From: Fibrobacteraceae bacterium
GTDB taxonomy: Bacteria; Fibrobacterota; Fibrobacteria; Fibrobacterales; Fibrobacteraceae
Assembly: GCA_021443045.1 (NCBI GenBank)
Contig: JABUUT010000001.1
Location: 1 to 33,635 of the forward strand
Length of the DNA: 33,635 nucleotides
Direction: 5' to 3'
The notes beneath the pieces are model-generated. The model searched no databases and had not been told where the DNA came from. It worked only from the letters and a program-made list of their open reading frames with translations. Position numbers and translations under genes: made by a program. Below, in pieces: positions 17,718-26,789 of the stretch (positions are counted from its first letter, which is position 1; each line of letters opens with the position of its first letter).

Positions 17718-20044
17718 TGAAGACGGTGGCGGGAAAGATTCTCTTTACCGCCCTGACTGTCCTTTATCCAGGACTGGTTTTTTGTGGGTTGTACTTTTGG
17801 GGTATTTCTCCTAGAATTTTGAGTCTGGCACTAATTGTGCTGGCTCTTTTTCATTTTACATCCAGCCGCAAAGCCCACAAGGGAGTTAACGCCGTAAAAG
17901 GGATGTTGTTTTTTTCAATCACCTTGGCCTGCGGGTGTGTGGCCTTTGCCCTGGACAGCAAACTGTTTTTAAAATTCTACCCTGTTTTTATCAACCTGGT
18001 TCTGTTGCTGTTCTTTGGCCTTAGCCTAAAAAAAGATGCTTCTGGAAAAAGAAGTTCCCTTGTTTTTCAACTAGCCTGCCTAGGAGACAAAACCTTGGCC
18101 CATTCCAGCAGCCGAAGCTTTGTGGAAAAATACTGCCGCAAGGTTACCCTGGTTTGGTGCTTTTTTTTCGTGGCTAACGGCACCGTGGCCTTACTCACCA
18201 TTGCAAGCGGCTCCGACAAGTGGTGGGCCTTATACAACGGCCTTGTTTCTTATATTTTAATGGGTATGCTATTTGCAGGAGAATTCATGATACGTTCCAT
18301 TCTTCAAAAAAAACTGAACTCCTATATTCCTGTTTCCAAGCTGGAACGAGATTCCAGACCTGCAGGTGCCCCCGTGGCCTTTAGCCAACAATTCAATAAG
18401 GGGCTAATCAAAACCTGGGGCCACTTTACCGCCGATGTTTCAAAACTGCGCCAAGAAATTCTATCAAAACCCAAGGCACCCTGGATTCTACACAGCGAAA
18501 ACACCTACCTGTTTTTAGCCGCCTTCATGGCTCTTCTTCAAACGGGACGCACCGCCATGGTGACCGCCAACAAAACGCCCCAGTTCATTGGGGAACTGCA
18601 AAAAAAAACATCCTTCTTTTTAACCGACGAGCCCTTTGAAGGAGCCACCCTGATTCAAGATGTTTTGGCCCGTCGCGAAGATGATGGAAGCTGGTCTTCC
18701 TTTGACCCCAACAACGAATTTTACCTATATACCTCAGGCACCACTGGTGAGCCCAAAGCGGTTTTCAAGCGTTTTATCCAACTTGAAAACGAATTGTATG
18801 AGTTGGTAAAAGTTTATGGGAGTGAATACGTCGACAGAAACATCTACAGCACCGTCAACCACCACCACATTTACGGTCTTCTGTTTACAGTATTCCTCCC
18901 CATCGCCATAGGGCGCCCTCTCTGCGACAAACATTTCGATGTTCCCGAAGAGCTTTCTTTGCTTGTGGATGAAAAATGCGTGCTGGTGGCCAGCCCCGCC
19001 TACATGAAGCGTTTAACATCATCTGTAAATCAGCCTATTCCATTCAAGGTTTCTCCCATGGTCCATTCCTCTGGCGGAGCCCTTCCCGAAGAGACCGCCC
19101 AAAAAATGTTCCAACTGGTGGGAAGCTGGCCCAATGAAATTTACGGAAGCACCGAAACCGGAGGCATAGCCTACCGCCAGCAAAAAGATGGAGCCTCTTA
19201 CAAGCCCTTTGAAGTCTGCAAGATGAGCATTGCCGAAAATGGTTGCCTCAATGTAAAGTCAAACTACATTTTAGAGCCAGAAGGGTTCACCACCGGTGAC
19301 TTGGCCCAGATTTACGATGATGGTCGTTTTCTTTTAAAAGGGCGTGCCGACAACATTGTAAAAATTGAGGAAAAAAGAATATCTCTTCCCGAGGTGGAAA
19401 ATCGAATAAGGCAGTCTGGTTTGGTACAAGACTGTCGTGCCGTTCCCATGAGCGGAAAACGCCAGTACCTGGCCGCCGCCATCGTACTAAACCAGCAAGG
19501 AAAAGAAAAGTTCAAGGACACTCCAAAACTAGAAATCAACAAGTTCTTCCGCAACCACTTGGCCCAGTTCCTCGAAGCCACCGTCATTCCCAAAAAATGG
19601 CGTTACCTAAGAGAGCTGCCCCAAGACAGCCAAGGCAAAATCAAGGTGGTCGATATTCAAGCCCTATTCCGTCAAGAATCCGATTCCAGATACCATTTGC
19701 TCTCTATTCAAACCGACGAAGAAAACATTACCGCCAAAATTTCTGTTCCAGAAACCAGCGACTATTACGACGGTCACTTTCCAGAATTCAAACTCTTGCC
19801 TGCGGTAGTTCAAGTGGATTTGGTTGCCAAATTGGCCCACCAGCATTTAAAAGCCTCCCTTAAGCTAGACCGCATTTCTAGAACTAAGTTTGCAAGCCCC
19901 ATTTTCCCAGACACTCCTTTTGTGCTTTCCATCAACTACAAAAAAGATACGGGGCGGGTTTCTTTTAACTACACCGACGAAGCCAGTGGAAAAACACTCA
20001 GCTCCGGAATTTTCTTTCTAGTTGTAGAACAGGAGAATGCCTAA
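17717..20044 (+). CDS. Fusion of ApeG-like membrane domain + AMP-binding acyl-ACP/CoA ligase (ApeH-like) + FabA/Z-like hotdog dehydratase (ApeI-like)
   Basis: aa ~1-200 multi-TM (KFYPVFIN, YCRKVTLVW, WALYNGLVSYILMG). Middle region has adenylation motifs YTSGTTGEPK, EIYGSTETGG, TGDL, GRADNIVKIEEKRISL and QGK. C-terminus has DGHFPEFKLLPAVVQVD and KFASPIFP. Confidence 0.85.
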   Translation: MKTVAGKILFTALTVLYPGLVFCGLYFWGISPRILSLALIVLALFHFTSSRKAHKGVNAVKGMLFFSITLACGCVAFALDSKLFLKFYPVFINLVLLLFFGLSLKKDASGKRSSLVFQLACLGDKTLAHSSSRSFVEKYCRKVTLVWCFFFVANGTVALLTIASGSDKWWALYNGLVSYILMGMLFAGEFMIRSILQKKLNSYIPVSKLERDSRPAGAPVAFSQQFNKGLIKTWGHFTADVSKLRQEILSKPKAPWILHSENTYLFLAAFMALLQTGRTAMVTANKTPQFIGELQKKTSFFLTDEPFEGATLIQDVLARREDDGSWSSFDPNNEFYLYTSGTTGEPKAVFKRFIQLENELYELVKVYGSEYVDRNIYSTVNHHHIYGLLFTVFLPIAIGRPLCDKHFDVPEELSLLVDEKCVLVASPAYMKRLTSSVNQPIPFKVSPMVHSSGGALPEETAQKMFQLVGSWPNEIYGSTETGGIAYRQQKDGASYKPFEVCKMSIAENGCLNVKSNYILEPEGFTTGDLAQIYDDGRFLLKGRADNIVKIEEKRISLPEVENRIRQSGLVQDCRAVPMSGKRQYLAAAIVLNQQGKEKFKDTPKLEINKFFRNHLAQFLEATVIPKKWRYLRELPQDSQGKIKVVDIQALFRQESDSRYHLLSIQTDEENITAKISVPETSDYYDGHFPEFKLLPAVVQVDLVAKLAHQHLKASLKLDRISRTKFASPIFPDTPFVLSINYKKDTGRVSFNYTDEASGKTLSSGIFFLVVEQENA

Positions 20045-20799
20045 TGGGAGCTGCAGAGAATCAGAGTTTTTGTGCGGTGGTTCCAGTGTACCGCCACGAA
20101 GAAGCCAGCCGTCATGTGGCCGAAGCCCTTTCTAAGGCGAACATTCATGTGGTTCTTGTAGACGATGGAAACACTCCTGAAGGACACGCCATTCTAGAAA
20201 ATATCGCTGCACAGGTTCCCAACACCCATCTTGTTACAAATAAAGTAAACATGGGTAAGGGCGGTGCCGTTATTTCGGGTTTAAAAGCCGCTTTTGCAAT
20301 GGGCTTTACCCACGCCTTTCAAATTGATGCCGATGGTCAACACGATTTAAACGCCATTCCATTTTTTATCAAAGCGTCTAGAAAACACCCCCAGAATGTA
20401 ATATCCGCCTTTCCTCAGTATGACGGCTCTGTGCCCAAGGCCCGAGAACAGGGCCGCAAAATTACCAATTTTTGGGTGTATGTAGAAACACTATCTACAG
20501 AAATTCCCGACACCATGTGCGGTTGCCGAGTTTACCCCCTCCATACAGTTCTTCCCATTGCAAATAAAATAAAAAACTACCGCATGGGTTTTGATATCGA
20601 AATTATGGTGCGCATTTCTTGGGCTGGCATTAAAATGAACTTTTATCCCATTAAGGTAACGTACCCCGAAGATGGGGTTTCCAACTTTCGAGTGCTTCAC
20701 GACAACCTGGCCATTTCGGCAACCCACACCAAACTGGTTTGCGGAATGTTGCTTCGCTTACCTAAACTTCTTTTGAGAAAAATTAGGCCTAAGAAATGA
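20044..20799 (+). CDS. Glycosyltransferase family 2 (ApeJ N-terminal-like)
   Basis: VVPVY, LVDDG, NMGKGGAV, QIDADGQH (DxD), DTMCGCRVYPL, FDIEIMVR, SNFR. Confidence 0.92.
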   Translation: MGAAENQSFCAVVPVYRHEEASRHVAEALSKANIHVVLVDDGNTPEGHAILENIAAQVPNTHLVTNKVNMGKGGAVISGLKAAFAMGFTHAFQIDADGQHDLNAIPFFIKASRKHPQNVISAFPQYDGSVPKAREQGRKITNFWVYVETLSTEIPDTMCGCRVYPLHTVLPIANKIKNYRMGFDIEIMVRISWAGIKMNFYPIKVTYPEDGVSNFRVLHDNLAISATHTKLVCGMLLRLPKLLLRKIRPKK

Positions 20800-21767
20800 C
20801 AAAATTTGACAGAGAGTCAGAACATTGGTCTGAGGTTAAAGAGGTTGGCCATGGTCTTTGGCAATTCCGTTTTATGCTGTGGATTGTAAGCCACCTGCCC
20901 CTAAAGCTTATTGAGCTTTGCGTTGCGGTAATTACTTTTTTCTTTTACCTAGGCGGAAAATCTATTCGAGAGCGCTCCAAGGACTATTTGTGTAAGGTGG
21001 CCAAGGCAAAGGGGGTAAAGCCTTCCTTTTTGGGGCCCTACAAACATATTTTATCCTTTGCACTTTCTATGATTGAAAAACTTAGAGGTTTTAAGGGTTC
21101 TTTAAAACTCAATGTGGTAGAAAGGCAAAACGACGATTTGGAAGCCCTGGTGGAACAGTTGGAACATGGCCAGGGAGCCTTCTTGATTTGCTCCCACTTG
21201 GGAAACATGGAAATGCTTCGCTCCCTCACTGGCTACGGAGAAAAGCACACCCGCACCGACTTTAAGGTTTTTCCTGTGGTGGACTTTTCTGGAACTTCCC
21301 GTTTTAACGACTTGTTACGGGAACTAAACCCACAACTTATGGAAAATATCATTGATGCCAACAGTGTTGGCATTGATTCTGCTATTTGGATGAAAGACCA
21401 AATTGCAGCAGGAAACCTAATCGTAATTGCAGGAGACCGCACCTCGGCAAATACCCGCGGACGCTTTTTGGAAACGGAATTTATGGGTGAGGTAGCCCAC
21501 TTTCCAGAAGGGGCCTTTATACTTGCCAGCATTCTAAACGCCCCCATCTATTTTGCCTTTGGCATTCGCAAAAAAGATTTGGATATAACCTCTACCTATG
21601 AAATGCATATCCATCGTGCCCAAACCTCTTTTGACGGTTCCCGAAAAGAAAAGGCCGCTAAAGTTAAGGAATTGCTGGCAGAATATGCTTTATTGCTGCA
21701 AAAAAAATGCATGAGCCACCCATACCAATGGTATAATTTCTACAATTTTTGGAGCAAAGAGAATTAA
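20796..21767 (+). CDS. LpxL/LpxP-like acyltransferase (ApeJ C-terminal-like)
   Basis: HWSEVKE, SHLGNME, IAGDRT, FPEGAFILA, PYQWYNFYNFW. ATGA overlap with the GT2 gene. Confidence 0.85.
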   Translation: MTKFDRESEHWSEVKEVGHGLWQFRFMLWIVSHLPLKLIELCVAVITFFFYLGGKSIRERSKDYLCKVAKAKGVKPSFLGPYKHILSFALSMIEKLRGFKGSLKLNVVERQNDDLEALVEQLEHGQGAFLICSHLGNMEMLRSLTGYGEKHTRTDFKVFPVVDFSGTSRFNDLLRELNPQLMENIIDANSVGIDSAIWMKDQIAAGNLIVIAGDRTSANTRGRFLETEFMGEVAHFPEGAFILASILNAPIYFAFGIRKKDLDITSTYEMHIHRAQTSFDGSRKEKAAKVKELLAEYALLLQKKCMSHPYQWYNFYNFWSKEN

Positions 21768-21779
21768 ATCGGAGTTACA

Positions 21780-23306
21780 ATGAAACCTACAGTTGTTATT
21801 GGAAAAGACCGCTTGACTATTGAGAACGTGGTAGCCATAGCAAAACAAACCGCCAACATAGTCCTAAATGACACCCAGGAATTTGCTGATAAAATTGATG
21901 CCGGAGCCAAATTTTTGGATGAAGCTTTGGCAGAACATGGAGGCATTTACGGTGTAACTACCGGATACGGCGACTCCTGTACCCAAACTGTAAAACCTGA
22001 AAACTATTACGACTTGCCAGTAAACCTTACCCGCTTTCATGGCTGTGGCCTGGGTGAATATTTTGATCCGGAAACCACCCGCGCCATTGTTGCCGTGCGC
22101 CTCAATACCCTTGCCCAGGGCTTTTCTGGCGTAAGCATGGATTTGCTCCGCATTATCACCCAGTTTTTGCAAAACGATATTCTCCCTCTTATTCCACAAG
22201 AAGGTTCCGTGGGAGCCAGCGGCGATTTAACTCCCCTTTCCTACTTGGCAGGAGCCATCATTGGCGAACGGAAAGTTCTTTATAAGGGCGAAGTTCGCCA
22301 GTCTCTTGACGTGATGAAAGAATTGGGGATTACCCCCCACAAATTCCGCCCAAAAGAAGCCATTGCCATTATGAACGGCACCGCAGCCATGAATGGCGTA
22401 GCCTGCTTGGCATACTCCCGTGCAGAATACCTGGCAGACCTTTCTTGCCGCATTACCGCCATGAACACCATTGCCATGAAGGGTAACGCCTACCACTTCT
22501 TTGAACGTCTTTTTGATGTAAAGCCCCATCCAGGGCAAAACCGGTCGGCCAAGGAAATTCGCGACGCCATGGCCATTGAATCCACCAACGGCATAGTTCC
22601 CGAAAAAATTCAGGATCCCTATTCCCTTCGCTGCGCCCCTCACGTTATTGGCATGTTCTACGAAGCTGAGGAACTGATCCGTAGACTCATTGAAACCGAA
22701 ATGAACAGCGCCAACGACAACCCCATTGTGGACCCATTTACCCGCTCCATTTTCCACGGAGGGCATTTCTACGGTGGACACATCTGTTTCGCCATGGATT
22801 CCCTAAAAAATATTGTGGCAAACATTGCCGACCTTTTAGACCGTCAGTTGGCCACCATCGTTGACATCAAGACCAACAGAAACCTTCCGCCCAACCTTTC
22901 CTGCTCGGGAGAATTTGCCATTAACCACGGCTTTAAGGCTGTGCAAATTGGCGTATCATCTTGGACTGCAGAAGCCCTGCACAAAACCATGCCTCTAAGC
23001 GTTTTCAGTCGTTCCACCGAATGCCATAACCAAGACAAGGTTAGCATGGGCACCATTGCCGCTCGCGATTGTCTGCGCGTAATTGAACTTACAGAACAAG
23101 TAACAGCCGCCGTTCTTTTGGCCGCCGCTCAAGCCATTCACATTCGATTGGATCGTGGCGAACTGGGAGCCGACCGTATTGAAGGCGTAAAAGAAACCTA
23201 CAATCAGGTGTTTGCCAACTTTAAGCTGCTGGAATGTGACCGCCAGTTAGAAGGAGACTTGCGCAACACCATTAAGCTCATTCGCGAAAAATACTATAGC
23301 GCATAA
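21780..23306 (+). CDS. Aromatic amino-acid ammonia-lyase (HAL/PAL/TAL family, MIO enzyme)
   Basis: IYGVTTGYG (catalytic Tyr57), GSVGASGDL (MIO Ala146-Ser147-Gly148), IMNGT, QDPYSLRCAPHV, NDNP, HNQDKVSMG. Confidence 0.93.
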   Translation: MKPTVVIGKDRLTIENVVAIAKQTANIVLNDTQEFADKIDAGAKFLDEALAEHGGIYGVTTGYGDSCTQTVKPENYYDLPVNLTRFHGCGLGEYFDPETTRAIVAVRLNTLAQGFSGVSMDLLRIITQFLQNDILPLIPQEGSVGASGDLTPLSYLAGAIIGERKVLYKGEVRQSLDVMKELGITPHKFRPKEAIAIMNGTAAMNGVACLAYSRAEYLADLSCRITAMNTIAMKGNAYHFFERLFDVKPHPGQNRSAKEIRDAMAIESTNGIVPEKIQDPYSLRCAPHVIGMFYEAEELIRRLIETEMNSANDNPIVDPFTRSIFHGGHFYGGHICFAMDSLKNIVANIADLLDRQLATIVDIKTNRNLPPNLSCSGEFAINHGFKAVQIGVSSWTAEALHKTMPLSVFSRSTECHNQDKVSMGTIAARDCLRVIELTEQVTAAVLLAAAQAIHIRLDRGELGADRIEGVKETYNQVFANFKLLECDRQLEGDLRNTIKLIREKYYSA

Positions 23307-23312
23307 AAAACG

Positions 23313-23759
23313 ATGACCATGAAGCAGAAAAACTTAAGTACCTCTGTAGAATTTCAGGTGGAATTCTATGATGTGGATTCCATGCATGTGGCCTGGCATG
23401 GCAACTATGTAAAATACATGGAAGTGGCCCGCTGTGCCCTATTGCGTAAAATCAAATATGATTACAACGAAATGGAAAAAAGCGGTTACGCTTGGCCTGT
23501 GGTAGATATGCATATCAAGTACCTCCAGTCTATGGTATTTATGCAACGCATTCGTGCCGAAGTGGAACTCACTGAATATGAATTCTGCATGAAACTGTCT
23601 TACAAGTTTTTTGATGCCGAAAGCGGAAAGTTACTTACCAAAGCCGAAAGCATGCAAATGGCTGTAGACATGGCAAAAAAGGAATCTTGTTTTGTTTGCC
23701 CATCTTGTTTTGTAGATAAAGTAAAGGCAGCATTAAAGGCTGATGGCATTGATGCGTAA
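23313..23759 (+). CDS. 4HBT/YbgC-family acyl-CoA thioesterase (ApeK-like)
   Basis: VEFYDVDSMHVAWHGNYVKYMEVAR; WPVVDMHIKY. Confidence 0.9.
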   Translation: MTMKQKNLSTSVEFQVEFYDVDSMHVAWHGNYVKYMEVARCALLRKIKYDYNEMEKSGYAWPVVDMHIKYLQSMVFMQRIRAEVELTEYEFCMKLSYKFFDAESGKLLTKAESMQMAVDMAKKESCFVCPSCFVDKVKAALKADGIDA

Positions 23760-24360
23760 CATAGTATTTGTGCTCATGGTTCTTGCGGTTTACGCCATTG
23801 CGGGTTCTGTACCCGCCGAGGCAGAACAGGTGTTAAAAAAATTTGCCGAAAGTGCTGTAGTTCAGGGGAATTTTAAACAAATTAAGTATATAAAAAAAAT
23901 CTCTAGAAGTTTTGAAGCTGAAGGTACATTTTTAATAGCCAAAGACTACGGTGTAGTTTGGAACACCGAAAAGCCTTTTAAAAGCACCATGATTATTACC
24001 CAAACCCAAATGATTCAAAAATCGGCCAGTGGAATGGTTAGTAAAATGGATGCTTCAGAAAATGCAGTCTTTGGGGAATTCTCCAAAACCATCCAATCTA
24101 TTTTTTCTGGAGACCTAAAAAGCATAGAAGAACACTTTACCCTAAATCCACCAAAAAGTTCAAACACAAAGGGAATAACTCTAGCCCCCAAAGAAAAAGC
24201 AGTGCGTCAGGTTATAGACAACATCCAACTGAACATAACCGGAAATGAATTAAAAAATATCATTATGACCGATAGCGACGGCAATTTACTGACCTACGAA
24301 TTTTCAAATCAAGAAACGTATAAAACCATTACCGAAGTGCAAAAGCAATTGTTCCAATAG
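23743..24360 (+). CDS. LolA-like periplasmic lipid carrier (ApeL-like)
   Basis: Signal peptide; GNFKQIK...AEGTF...GVVWNTEKPF. The start could alternatively be ATG 23752. Confidence 0.78.
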   Translation: MALMRNIVFVLMVLAVYAIAGSVPAEAEQVLKKFAESAVVQGNFKQIKYIKKISRSFEAEGTFLIAKDYGVVWNTEKPFKSTMIITQTQMIQKSASGMVSKMDASENAVFGEFSKTIQSIFSGDLKSIEEHFTLNPPKSSNTKGITLAPKEKAVRQVIDNIQLNITGNELKNIIMTDSDGNLLTYEFSNQETYKTITEVQKQLFQ

Positions 24361-24377
24361 TTCTAAGGAAGTAAAAT

Positions 24378-26768
24378 ATGGTAGCCTCCGATGCCCCCAA
24401 AAAATTTACCAAGCCTCAATGGGCTAAGTTTTTTTTGTGGGTGGCTCTCCATGGTTTTGTTGTTTTTTTTGCCTTTTACCTATGGCCACTAAAAATCAAT
24501 CAAGATTTATTTTCAATTTTGCCCGAATCGGCAGAACTTAAAGAAATAGCCTCCGCAGAACGGGAACTTTCGGCCAGAACCCTTTCTAAAATTAATTTAT
24601 TTGTTGGCCACCAAGACTTTGATATTGCAAAAAAAGCGGCAAACTGTTTAGAAGCCGAATTTTCAAGCGACAGTTCCTTTGAAGATTTTAGATTAAAAAT
24701 TGAAGAAAATGATTTAAACGAGCTTAAAGACTTTATCTACTCATACCGATACAGCCTGCAAGGAAGTCGTTTTGCAGAAGAACTCGCCAATGGAACTACG
24801 GCTTTAGAAGAGGAAGCTTTGCAGCGGACTTTTGGAGCCTTTTCAATTTCTAATCTAAGCCACATCGAAGAAGACCCTTTTTTACTTTCGGAGCGGGCCT
24901 TTGACAGGCTCACACTCCACTCCCCCTTAATCCCCAAAAACCTAACCCTAAAGGAAAACTACCTGGTTGCCAAAAATTTTGTAGATTCAGCCACCACGGG
25001 AGACACCCTTTCTCGCCAATTTATTTTTGTATCAGCAACCTTATCACAGTCGGTTTCTTCTTTTGCCAGCGACAATCATGTACTGGCAAAACTAGAAAAC
25101 AAAATAGATTCCCTAGAAAAAAAATGGCCAGGACTTGTGGTGGCTAAATCGGGAGTGCCCTTTCACAGTTTTGAAAGTTCCCGCAACGCACAGGGCGAAA
25201 TCCTTTGGATTTCCGGCGTTTCGATTTTTGCCATTCTGATACTGCTTCTGTATGTGTTCAAAACGCCGCTTCCGATAGGGGTTACCATCGGATCCCTGTG
25301 CGTTGCCTTAATTTCTGCCATGTGTGGCACTTGGGCCATCTTTAGACAAATTCATATCTTCACCTTTGTTTTTGGAACCACGGTTATAGGCATAGGCATA
25401 GACTATTCCCTACATTTTTGGATCCACCATAAATTTGAACTGGGCAATGCCCAAAAGCGTATTTTTAAAAGCCTCTCCCTAGGCTTCTTAACCACCCTCA
25501 TCAGCTATGCCACATTAACTCTTTCCAATTTTCCCCTACTTCAGCAAATGGCCGCTTTTGCTTCCATAGGTCTTGCCAGTGTCTATTTAACCACCAACCT
25601 CATATACCCTCAAATAGCCCCTAAGAAAAATAGCATTTCCAAGGCACCGCTTTTTATTCCCAACCAATTTTTATCATTCTACAAGAGAATCAATCAAATG
25701 CCCAGGGCTTTAACTATTGCCATATCGATTATATTCATAGCATCCATGATTCCTGGTTTTATACGCCTTCACGTTCAAACCGACCTGCAAAGTCTTTACA
25801 AAATGTCAAACACCCTTTTGCAAGGCGAAAAACTAAGCAACCAAATTCTCGACTTTGGCTCATCGGGGTTCTACTTTATTATCAAAGGCGCCACTCCCCA
25901 AGAAGTTCTAGAAACAGAAGAAATTTTAACAGACCAACTTTTTAAAGAGGTTGCCGATTCTTCCCTCAAAAATTTTATAGCCACTTCTCTTTATATTCCT
26001 TCCCAAAAATCCCAATTACAATCTTTCCAACTGGCAAAAGAAAAACTGTTACCAAACGCCCAAAATCTTCTTTTAAACCTTGGTTTCAACAACGATGAAC
26101 AATTTAGGGCATCGCTAGACTCCAACCCTTCCCTGCTCACTCCCGACACCCATTTGCCAAAGCAATGGAAAGAACTGCTACACTCCCTTTGGCTAGGTAA
26201 AATTCAAGATTTTAAACAAGACTCCGCTTATTACAGCGTGGTTATGCCCCTTCATGTAAAAAATGTAGATAAAATAAAAAGTTTGCCTCAACAGCTAAAC
26301 AAGCCTTCTCAAATTTTTTCCGTGGACAAAATGGGCGAAATCAACAAGACACTCACCCACCTTTCACAAGCGGCCCTCCGCCTTGTTCTTGTAGTCTACA
26401 TTCTAATTTTTGCCCTATTAGCCTTTGTCTATAACCCCGTAGACGCCTTCCGCATTATTCGTGCACCCCTTTTGGCAACAGCCCTTACCGCCTCCATTTT
26501 TGGCTACTGCAACATTCCCTTTAACATCTTTGCCGTGTCGGGAATTATTCTTATTCTTGGCATTGGCATTGACTATTCCCTTTTCTTTAAAGAAGGCTTT
26601 AAAGGCCCCTCCATTACCACCCTCTCCATTCTAGTTTCTGCAGCCACCACCATTTTTTCATTTGGAACTTTAGCCTTTAGCAGTTTTACTCCTGTATTCA
26701 GCCTTGGTCTTGCCGTATTTATAGGCATTTTAGCCAGCCTCCTTTTAGCACCCCTTTCAAGAAACTAG
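24378..26768 (+). CDS. MMPL/RND-family exporter (ApeM-like)
   Basis: 796 aa with two TM bundles separated by large soluble loops, and a duplicated GIGIDYSL motif. Confidence 0.85.
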   Translation: MVASDAPKKFTKPQWAKFFLWVALHGFVVFFAFYLWPLKINQDLFSILPESAELKEIASAERELSARTLSKINLFVGHQDFDIAKKAANCLEAEFSSDSSFEDFRLKIEENDLNELKDFIYSYRYSLQGSRFAEELANGTTALEEEALQRTFGAFSISNLSHIEEDPFLLSERAFDRLTLHSPLIPKNLTLKENYLVAKNFVDSATTGDTLSRQFIFVSATLSQSVSSFASDNHVLAKLENKIDSLEKKWPGLVVAKSGVPFHSFESSRNAQGEILWISGVSIFAILILLLYVFKTPLPIGVTIGSLCVALISAMCGTWAIFRQIHIFTFVFGTTVIGIGIDYSLHFWIHHKFELGNAQKRIFKSLSLGFLTTLISYATLTLSNFPLLQQMAAFASIGLASVYLTTNLIYPQIAPKKNSISKAPLFIPNQFLSFYKRINQMPRALTIAISIIFIASMIPGFIRLHVQTDLQSLYKMSNTLLQGEKLSNQILDFGSSGFYFIIKGATPQEVLETEEILTDQLFKEVADSSLKNFIATSLYIPSQKSQLQSFQLAKEKLLPNAQNLLLNLGFNNDEQFRASLDSNPSLLTPDTHLPKQWKELLHSLWLGKIQDFKQDSAYYSVVMPLHVKNVDKIKSLPQQLNKPSQIFSVDKMGEINKTLTHLSQAALRLVLVVYILIFALLAFVYNPVDAFRIIRAPLLATALTASIFGYCNIPFNIFAVSGIILILGIGIDYSLFFKEGFKGPSITTLSILVSAATTIFSFGTLAFSSFTPVFSLGLAVFIGILASLLLAPLSRN

Positions 26769-26789
26769 TTTCTTTCTATATTTTTTTCA

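Noticed and set aside
15830-18608. 9-nt A/T runs inside the CLF (15830-15838) and fusion gene (18600-18608) as phase-variation switches
   Set aside because: Both frames are intact, and 8-9 nt A/T runs are common throughout this window.
22227-22781. 184-aa minus-strand ORF
   Set aside because: Antisense shadow of the ammonia-lyase.
21780-23306. Calling the lyase hutH (histidine catabolism)
   Set aside because: No hutU/I/G nearby, it lacks the Ser-His HAL pair, and it sits inside a biosynthetic operon.
25389-26581. Repeated GGCATWGGCATWGACTATTCCCT in the MMPL gene
   Set aside because: Explained by the internal two-fold duplication of RND/MMPL proteins (GIGIDYSL twice).
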